From Lutibacter sp. (GTDB lineage Bacteria; Bacteroidota; Bacteroidia; Flavobacteriales; Flavobacteriaceae): a DNA stretch of 57,611 nt. Numbering within the stretch: position 1 is the stretch's first letter; each line of letters starts with the position of its first letter. Below the pieces are notes generated by a model, which made no database searches, had not been told where the DNA came from, and worked only from the letters and a program-made list of their open reading frames with translations. Location: assembly GCA_015662775.1 (NCBI GenBank), contig DQTL01000173.1, positions 1 through 57,611 of the forward strand, given 5' to 3'. Both the position numbers and the translations under genes were made by a program. This document shows positions 48,811 through 55,200 of this stretch, one piece after another.

Positions 48811-48873
48811 ACTTCGACTCCTTTTTCGCTCGGCATAAACACTTCGACTACGCTCGGTGTACCACTTCTCGCT
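48811..48873. repeat. short interspersed repeat, copy 2, with internal partial duplication
   Basis: 48811-48840 matches copy 1 at 26/30. 48841-48857 repeats ACTTCGACTA+CGCTCGG without the spacer. The end TTCTCGCT matches the end of copy 1. Confidence 0.7.
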
Positions 48874-48928
48874 TTCATCTCCTTACATAAAAAACATAAT
48901 TTATAAAAAAACTATGTCTTATAATCAG

Positions 48929-49001
48929 AGCGAGAGACCGGGCTCGAACCGGCGACAATCAGCTTGGAAGGCTGAAGCTCTACCAACTGAGCTACTCTCG
49001 C
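48929..49001 (-). tRNA. trnG: tRNA-Gly (anticodon TCC)
   Basis: Acceptor GCGAGAG/CTCTCGC, anticodon stem TCAGC/GCTGA with loop CTTCCAA, T-loop GGTTCGAGCCC. Confidence 0.92.
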
Positions 49002-49040
49002 TTTTAAAAATCACTATTTATAGTAATTTTAAGGTTTTTG

Positions 49041-49122
49041 TGGTGGGAGAAGGATTCGAACCTTCGAAGGCGAAGCCAGCAGATTTACAGTCTGCCCTCG
49101 TTGACCGCTTGAGTATCCCACC
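49041..49122 (-). tRNA. trnY: tRNA-Tyr (anticodon GTA), long variable arm
   Basis: Acceptor GGTGGGA/TCCCACC, anticodon stem GCAGA/TCTGC with loop CTGTAAA, variable arm GGCTTCGCC, T-loop GGTTCGAATCC; 82 nt. Confidence 0.92.
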
Positions 49123-49156
49123 CCTAGTTTTAAAGAACTATTATTTCATTAATTTG

Positions 49157-49230
49157 AGCCGATGGAGGGACTCGAACCCACGACCTGCTGATTACAAATC
49201 AGCTGCTCTAGCCAGCTGAGCTACATCGGC
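49157..49230 (-). tRNA. trnT: tRNA-Thr (anticodon TGT)
   Basis: Acceptor GCCGATG/CATCGGC, anticodon stem GCTGA/TCAGC with loop TTTGTAA, T-loop GGGTTCGAGTCCC. Confidence 0.92.
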
Positions 49231-49232
49231 GT

Positions 49233-49264
49233 AAAAAAAACAAACCGCTTTTTTCAAACGGTCT
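49233..49264 (-). terminator. hpf terminator-like hairpin upstream of the tRNA cluster
   Basis: Minus-strand AGACCG-loop-CGGUUU (6 bp, one G-U pair) followed by G+U8. It abuts a TACATTTG -7 box (49266-49273) that could drive the tRNA operon. Confidence 0.4.
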
Positions 49265-49325
49265 GCAAATGTAAAAAGTTTTATTTTAAGAGCAAAACTT
49301 TTTATTCTATTTTTTTATATTTCTT

Positions 49326-49628
49326 TTAATGCTTTTCTCTTTGCTTTTCTTTTAGTTTAATTAATGTCTTTTTCAAGACTGCAACTGACTGATTTAGTGC
49401 TGTTTCAAAAGAGTTTGCTGTTTTCTTTACTACGGGGTCATATCCAGGTATTCCTAACCTAATTTCTAACTCTTTATTTTCTTTTACACTGGTCTTTTGT
49501 ACTTTTAAATGAACTTGGGCGTCAATTATATTATCATAGAACTTCAAAAGACCATTTATTTTGTTTTCTATGAGATCTACTAGATCTTTATCAACGTTAA
49601 AATTTACTGCTTGAACATTTACTTTCAT
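49326..49628 (-). CDS. hpf: ribosome hibernation factor (short HPF/RaiA family)
   Basis: 100 aa; MKVNVQAVNFNVDKDLVDLIENK...LEIRLGIPG pattern of the sigma-54 modulation protein/S30EA family. Confidence 0.88.
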   Translation of the reverse strand: MKVNVQAVNFNVDKDLVDLIENKINGLLKFYDNIIDAQVHLKVQKTSVKENKELEIRLGIPGYDPVVKKTANSFETALNQSVAVLKKTLIKLKEKQREKH

Positions 49629-49697
49629 ACTTTTTATTTTTAGTTTAGAATTATACAGTAAAGTTACAAATAAACTTAGAAAAAAACAATTGTTTAT

Positions 49698-50582
49698 TTA
49701 TTTTTTATTTCTTGGATGGAAATTTTTATACACTTCTTTTAGATGAGCCAAACTACTTTGTGTATATATTTGCGTGGATGCCAAGCTTGCATGACCCAAC
49801 AATTCCTTAACTACATTTAGATCGGCTCCTTCATCTAACAAATGTGTGGCAAAGGCATGACGTAATACATGTGGACTCTTTTTCTCCTTGGTCGTAATCT
49901 GTTTAAAATACTTAGTGACTATTTTATAAACCAAAGAGTCATATAATGGTTTACCTTTATTAGTTAAGAACAATTCTTGATATTCTGAATTAAAATCATT
50001 TCTTAAAGCCATGTATTTATGTAGAAAATCAATTGTAATTTCTAATAAAGGAATATATCGTTCTTTATTTCTCTTGCCTAACACTTTAATAATTTTGTTT
50101 TCGAAACTAATGTCAGACAGTTTTAATCCTACTAACTCTGCCCTTCGCATTCCTGTTGTGTATAGCAACTCTATTATTAGATGGTCACGTACTTGTTCTA
50201 AACCTTTTGCTTCAAAGAAAAGCTCATCTAATCTTTCTAGTTCTTTTTTAGAAAAAGGGGTTATTGTTTTCTTTTGAGTTTTTAGGGAATGGTGCCCTTG
50301 AAGTGGGTTGGAATCAATATCTCCTACTTTTTCTAAAAACTTATAAAAGGATTTTAAAGCACTAATTTTTCGATTAATACTCCTATTTGATAAACCATCA
50401 TTGACTAAATTTACAATCCATGTGCGTATTTGCACATAAATCACTTCTGATAAAGTATCCGCTGAGTAGGTTTCTTGTAAAAAGGCTCTAAAAAGAAGTA
50501 AATCCTTCTTATAAGCCAAGAGGGTGTGTTTTGAGTATCCTCTCTCAAATTGCAAATACTCAATAAATTTAGAAATGGGCAT
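49698..50582 (-). CDS. tyrosine site-specific recombinase (XerC/XerD-like)
   Basis: N-terminal SAM-like core-binding domain (LQFERGYSKHTLLAYKKDL). Catalytic residues in TGMRRAELVGL, HVLRHAFATHL and LGHASLASTQIYT. Confidence 0.88.
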   Translation of the reverse strand: MPISKFIEYLQFERGYSKHTLLAYKKDLLLFRAFLQETYSADTLSEVIYVQIRTWIVNLVNDGLSNRSINRKISALKSFYKFLEKVGDIDSNPLQGHHSLKTQKKTITPFSKKELERLDELFFEAKGLEQVRDHLIIELLYTTGMRRAELVGLKLSDISFENKIIKVLGKRNKERYIPLLEITIDFLHKYMALRNDFNSEYQELFLTNKGKPLYDSLVYKIVTKYFKQITTKEKKSPHVLRHAFATHLLDEGADLNVVKELLGHASLASTQIYTQSSLAHLKEVYKNFHPRNKK

Positions 50583-50657
50583 AAAAAAACCTTAGGTGTA
50601 CAAATCTACAAAAGTAGTTTTAAAACATCTAAGGTTTAGACTTTATTTTCTAAAGAA

Positions 50658-50855
50658 CTAAGATTGTTCTTCAGCTGTTCTTCTGCGTTGCACGTATGAT
50701 GCTTTTATCATCTGAGCACGTTTGTTTACAGAAGGTTTCGTAAACTGTTTTTTGCCACGAAGCGTACGCATTGTCTTTGTTCGATCAAATTTTCTTTTGA
50801 ATCTTTTTAAAGCTCTGTCTATATTTTCTCCGTCTTTTACAGGAATTATCAACAT
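50658..50855 (-). CDS. rpsU: 30S ribosomal protein S21
   Basis: MLIIPVKDGENIDRALKRFKRKFDRTKTMRTLRGKKQFTKPS; 65 aa. Confidence 0.97.
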   Translation of the reverse strand: MLIIPVKDGENIDRALKRFKRKFDRTKTMRTLRGKKQFTKPSVNKRAQMIKASYVQRRRTAEEQS

Positions 50856-50861
50856 AGTTTG

Positions 50862-50871
50862 TCACCTCCTT
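50862..50871 (-). promoter_or_regulatory. strong Shine-Dalgarno element of rpsU
   Basis: The mRNA reads GAUGAAAGGAGGUGACAAACU-AUG. GAAAGGAGGUGA is a 12-nt complement of the canonical 16S 3' tail, placed 6 nt from the AUG. Confidence 0.85.
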
Positions 50872-50909
50872 TCATCTGTATCTTTTAAATGGTTATACTT
50901 TTAAGTGTG

Positions 50910-50917
50910 CAAATGTA
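50910..50917 (-). promoter_or_regulatory. -7 promoter box TACATTTG for rpsU
   Basis: Reverse complement of caaatgta. Predicts a ~48-nt 5' UTR containing the SD. Confidence 0.5.
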
Positions 50918-51146
50918 CTATTATTTTGTTTATTTGCTTTAATTGTAATGGAAAATAGTATTATTTTTCGTTTGTTCATAATTCTTTTTATTTATTCATA
51001 TCAAAAAGGTTGAAAAATTGTTTTTTTGCAAACATTAATTTCAACTATTTATTTAATAACCAGCATATTGAGAGTTATCTAGTCTTTGCTTAATAAAAAA
51101 TGCTGTTTTTTATTAAAAAATACTTTGTCATATTCAAAAAGGAGTT

Positions 51147-51154
51147 TATATTTG
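51147..51154 (+). promoter_or_regulatory. -7 promoter box TATATTTG for tRNA-Val
   Basis: TAnnTTTG match ending 14 nt before the mature tRNA 5' end. Confidence 0.5.
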
Positions 51155-51167
51155 CACTCCTTAAATC

Positions 51168-51242
51168 GGGCAATTAGCTCAGTTGGTTCAGAGCACCTCG
51201 TTTACACCGAGGGGGTCGGGGGTTCGAATCCCTCATTGCCCA
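51168..51242 (+). tRNA. trnV: tRNA-Val (anticodon TAC), CCA encoded at 51243-51245
   Basis: Acceptor GGGCAAT/ATTGCCC, D-arm GCTCAGTTGGTTCAGAGC, anticodon stem CCTCG/CGAGG with loop TTTACAC, T-loop GGTTCGAATCC. Confidence 0.93.
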
Positions 51243-51250
51243 CCAAACAA

Positions 51251-51281
51251 AATCCAAACATGAAAGTGTTTGGATTTTTTG
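51251..51281 (+). terminator. intrinsic terminator after tRNA-Val
   Basis: AATCCAAACA-tgaaag-TGTTTGGATT, a perfect 10-bp stem running into a T6 tract. Confidence 0.85.
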
Positions 51282-51300
51282 TTTGTGGATACTTTTAAAT

Positions 51301-51333
51301 TATTTTGGAACAGTCTCAAAAGTTGTGGGGTTT
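51301..51333. repeat. 33-nt degenerate direct repeat, copy 1
   Basis: TATTTTGGAACAGTCTCAAAAGTTGTGGGGTTT; 26/33 identical, ungapped, to 51431-51463. Confidence 0.7.
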
Positions 51334-51430
51334 TAAAAAAGTATGATATTTGTATTTATAAATATCAGCTATGCCAAGTATAGATTTATTACCGATTGTC
51401 AAATTGCTTTTACTCGAAGTTTTAGTTAAC

Positions 51431-51463
51431 TATTTTGGGACAAGTACAAAACCTGTGGGGTTT
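51431..51463. repeat. 33-nt degenerate direct repeat, copy 2
   Basis: TATTTTGGGACAAGTACAAAACCTGTGGGGTTT. A third partial match (ATTTTTGGACTCT) lies near 51481-51493. Confidence 0.7.
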
Positions 51464-51591
51464 ATAGTTTTACGCCCATAATTTTTGGACTCTAATCATC
51501 TTTCTATCTTCAATATGTGTTTTTTTATAGTATTATCTTGATTTAGATTTTTTCTACTTATGCCTAACACTGAGATAAAAACAATCAACAC

Positions 51592-52269
51592 CTACTTTTC
51601 TAAATAATCTATCGCCTTTTCCCTTAGACTTTCATCAATAAGCATGGCATTTATTTGAAAAGCATTTCCTGTTCCTCTTTCAATTTTTACAGCTTGGTTT
51701 GCAGTAAAATACGGGCAGTTTATAGCTCTTTCATAGAGTTTGTCATACAACACTTCTTTCTTTGAAATATAATTATAAACAAAAGGGTTTAAAGACTTTG
51801 CATCATTAATATATTTAATAACAAGTTTGTTGAGTTTAGAATTTGGGATGACTATTAACTCTCCTTTTTTATTAATAATTTCTGTTGAAGTTAGATTAAT
51901 ATTTTTAATTCTACCTGCGACTAAATCTGTAACTATATAATCATTTAGCCTAGGCGTATTGGAAAACTTGATACTTGCTCCTGCAAAAAAATTTGTCCAA
52001 GAACTCCAACCAGTAACCAAAACGATAAAACCAATGGCTAAGGTCAATACATGATTTGCTACTAAAAGTGAACTCAATAGAAATACAAAAAACACTACCC
52101 AAACCACTATTTGCAAACGTTGCCATAACAAAGCAACTGTACTTTCTTTTCTCAATAAAACAGGAATAATATACTTAGAAATTACATGAAAAACAAAATG
52201 CAACAAAGCTCCTATTACTAAATAAAGAAGTATTTGTTCTATGGGTAATGTGCTTAAATATTTTTCCAT
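51592..52269 (-). CDS. small MscS-like mechanosensitive channel family protein
   Basis: Three N-terminal TM segments followed by the MscS beta-domain pattern: NDYIVTDLVAGRIKNINLTSTEIINKKGELIVIPNSKL. Its start lies 3 nt after the stop of the upstream giant gene. Confidence 0.7.
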   Translation of the reverse strand: MEKYLSTLPIEQILLYLVIGALLHFVFHVISKYIIPVLLRKESTVALLWQRLQIVVWVVFFVFLLSSLLVANHVLTLAIGFIVLVTGWSSWTNFFAGASIKFSNTPRLNDYIVTDLVAGRIKNINLTSTEIINKKGELIVIPNSKLNKLVIKYINDAKSLNPFVYNYISKKEVLYDKLYERAINCPYFTANQAVKIERGTGNAFQINAMLIDESLREKAIDYLEK

Positions 52270-52272
52270 TTT

Positions 52273-55200
52273 TTAAATAATTGAAAGTGATTTTAAATGC
52301 TTTTCAATAAAAAATCTTGCCGAATTATTGAGTATATATCTTGCATCTGCTTGTTTGGTTACTAAAGTCCCTTTTTCCATTTCTTCTAATGCTTTAAAGA
52401 AATGATTCGACTCATCATTAAATAGTATTTTTACTTGTGCTTCTGATAGATTATTATGAAGAACAAATGCATAAAGCAACACTTTCCATTCTGCATTAAA
52501 TATTTTTGGCATTTTAGTAGAAACTGGCTCTGAAATACTAAGCTCATTTTCTTTATTTAAAGAAATAATTGGCAACCATTTTTGCAAAGAAACACCTATT
52601 GAACCCTCTGAAAGTATCTGTAATTTTGAAATGATTTTATTTATTTTTTTCGAATTTCTAACTAATTCATTTTTATAATAAATACTTGCTCCTCCTACTT
52701 TGTGTCTGTTTAAAATGATACTATTAATTTCTAATTTACTATAAGGTCGCATGATAATAGTGGTAATTAACTGCTTTTCTAATTGTGTTGTTTGCTTGAT
52801 AACCCCATAACTATACCGGTTTGCATTTAATATAAAGGTGTGTTTGTCACCCATTTTTTCTATCAAACTCGTTAAATGATTTAATGTTTTTACTCCATTC
52901 TCTGATCTTGTCCACCATTTTTCTAGATCATTAAACACAAATACAGCTGGTTTTATTTGTTTTAAGATACTTAAACTAGTTCCTTTTTTATTAAATAATT
53001 TTTGAAATACTTTATGTAAATCGGCATTTGTATAGGTTTGATTTGCTGGCGGATTAATATCATACTTTACTGATTTTTCTGGAATTCTTGCAATGGCATC
53101 ACTTAAAAATGTTTTTCCAGATAATGCATCACCAATAATCATTATTGCTCCATTAACTCCTGATTCTAGTCTTTTTAATGCGTCTTTCCCTTTTAAATAT
53201 TCTGGTCTTTCTTCGATACTTGTATTGACTAAATGACTTCCTGTAAATAGCTTTTTATAATAGAAAGGCAGGATTTTACTTACCTCTTTATCAATTCGTT
53301 GTTCTTGTAAGAAAGAATAAGTTTGCTCAATTTTATTGGCATATCCCTTATAAAAATCTTTTGACAATTGATTGTCTAGTTCTTGTTGTTGTTGTTGTTG
53401 ATTAACAAAAGTTTTTATCTGTTTTTTTAATATCCCAAAATCAGAAGTTTTCTTTTGTTTCCAATCTGTAAATTTTGAAGTTAATACAGTTTTTTGTGCC
53501 GATTTATCTAATAAATCTGTGGATTCTAGTATTACTCTAATAGTAAGAAGATCTTGTGTTTGATGCAGATTTGTTTTTAAATCTAACAAGAATATATCCT
53601 TTAATTTTCTGAGATTAGAAAGGTTTATGGCTATATTCTCTTGAACTTCATTTTTTAATTGTTTAGTCCCTTTTGATTCGATAGAAGTTTCATCAATTAA
53701 ATAAATTAACTTATTGGCTGTATTATAGATACCTTCAGAATTTTGATTGTATAATTCTTCCAACTCATTAATACTTTCTTGTAAAGTTCCCAAATAATTA
53801 GCCTGAATTATATGGTTTTGAACCGTGGCAAGGTTTATTTGAATATTCTCTTCCGAATCATTTTGTTTTTCGGACAACACATTAAAAGAGGTCGGATTCA
53901 TCAAACTAACAATCCTATTTGTCTTTTGCGTCAGTTGTGTGATACTTTTTTCTTCATCTTCAAATAGATTAGATAAATTAACACTAGAGATGCCTTCTGC
54001 AATTTCAATTAGGGCATCAATTGTTTGTTTGTCTAGGTTCTTTTCTTCTCCTTTTCGTAACTCAGCATCTATTTTAGAAAGAATTTTAATCTTTTCTAAT
54101 TGTGGGTTAATCATGCTTTCTGTCAAATGATTTTTAATGTTTTCATTTATATTAGAAAGTAATAATCCAGTATCCGTTAATAACCAATCCATTTCTGTTT
54201 GATTATGACATAACAATTGATTTTTATACCAATTGGTTCCAAACCAAGCCACATTATTTTTGATCGCTAAACTATCTTTCTTTGACGCTTTATTTTTAGT
54301 ATTCTGAATTTTCTTGAAAAAGTTTGGTTTCTCAATATTGTTTAGCAGTTCTATCGTTTGGTCTCTTTCAAATTGCTGAATACTATCAACAACTGTACTT
54401 TTTAAACGCTGTGCTGTTTGTAATTGTGTTTTAATCAGGCTTTGGCTATTTTCTACAAAAGTAGCAAGTGCTTGTTTATTATTTGCACTCGTATTCTCAA
54501 CAAATAATTGTGTTTCTTTCACTAATCCTTCTGTTAATGAACTCAACATTACAAAATTTTGAGCTCCAAATTGATACAGCGATTTCTGAAGATTAGGTGT
54601 TATTTTTTCAATGAAATAAAAATTTAGAATAGCTTTCCATTTAACTTTTCTATTCGTTTTAAAAGAAATATTTTTGGGTTCATTTTCAATAAAATCATAT
54701 CTAACTTTTTGAAGTTTATTGAGTTCTTTATACAAACTTTCTGAAGCCGTTGAAAGTTTATTTTCTTTAAAACTTTCAGATGTTGCAATGAGTTCTTTAC
54801 TAAAACTTTGAAGGTAAGGTATAATTTCTTTTACCTCATTTTTTTCTACTAAAGCACTCGATAAATCATCAAATTTTTGGGAAATTTCACTAATAAATTG
54901 CGAATAAGATGAAGCTATGATACGTAATGATTGTTCAGAAAAACTATTTAAGGTATCGTTTAAAACGGCATCTAGTTCTCCTACTTTACTATTGATAGTA
55001 TTATTTTCAGATAAAGGAAGTGGTTTTAACACAGATGATTCTGATAGTTCAATATTTGATTCTTGATTAACATCAAATTTCAATTCATTAAAGTTATTTG
55101 ATGCTTTGACCATTAATGTAGAACCAATGGTGTTAAATAACTGCGTTGTATTGACAATAAAATCAGCTTGTTTTTCAGTTTTAATATTCGGAATTCCCAG

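Noticed and set aside
48762-48878. 38-codon minus-strand ORF (MKARSGTPSVVEVFMPSEKGVEVSPV...) inside the repeat insert, preceded by AAGGAG.
   Set aside because: The SD-like sequence abuts the AUG with zero spacing. The peptide is just the translated repeat and the tRNA fragment. It lies inside a tRNA operon spacer.
48857-49219. 120-aa plus-strand ORF spanning the tRNA cluster, and the 70-aa ORF 51086..51298 spanning tRNA-Val.
   Set aside because: Both read straight through well-formed tRNA genes (Gly, Tyr, Thr; Val). Their 'conserved-looking' GSNP/RWRDSNP strings are simply translated tRNA T-arms.
51301-51463. Possible degenerate CRISPR array or orphan repeats. The repeat has faint resemblance to GTTGGAAC...TCTCA-type direct repeats.
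   Set aside because: There are only two full copies at 79% identity. The spacing is 130 nt with no intermediate repeat near 51366. No leader or cas genes are present in the window.
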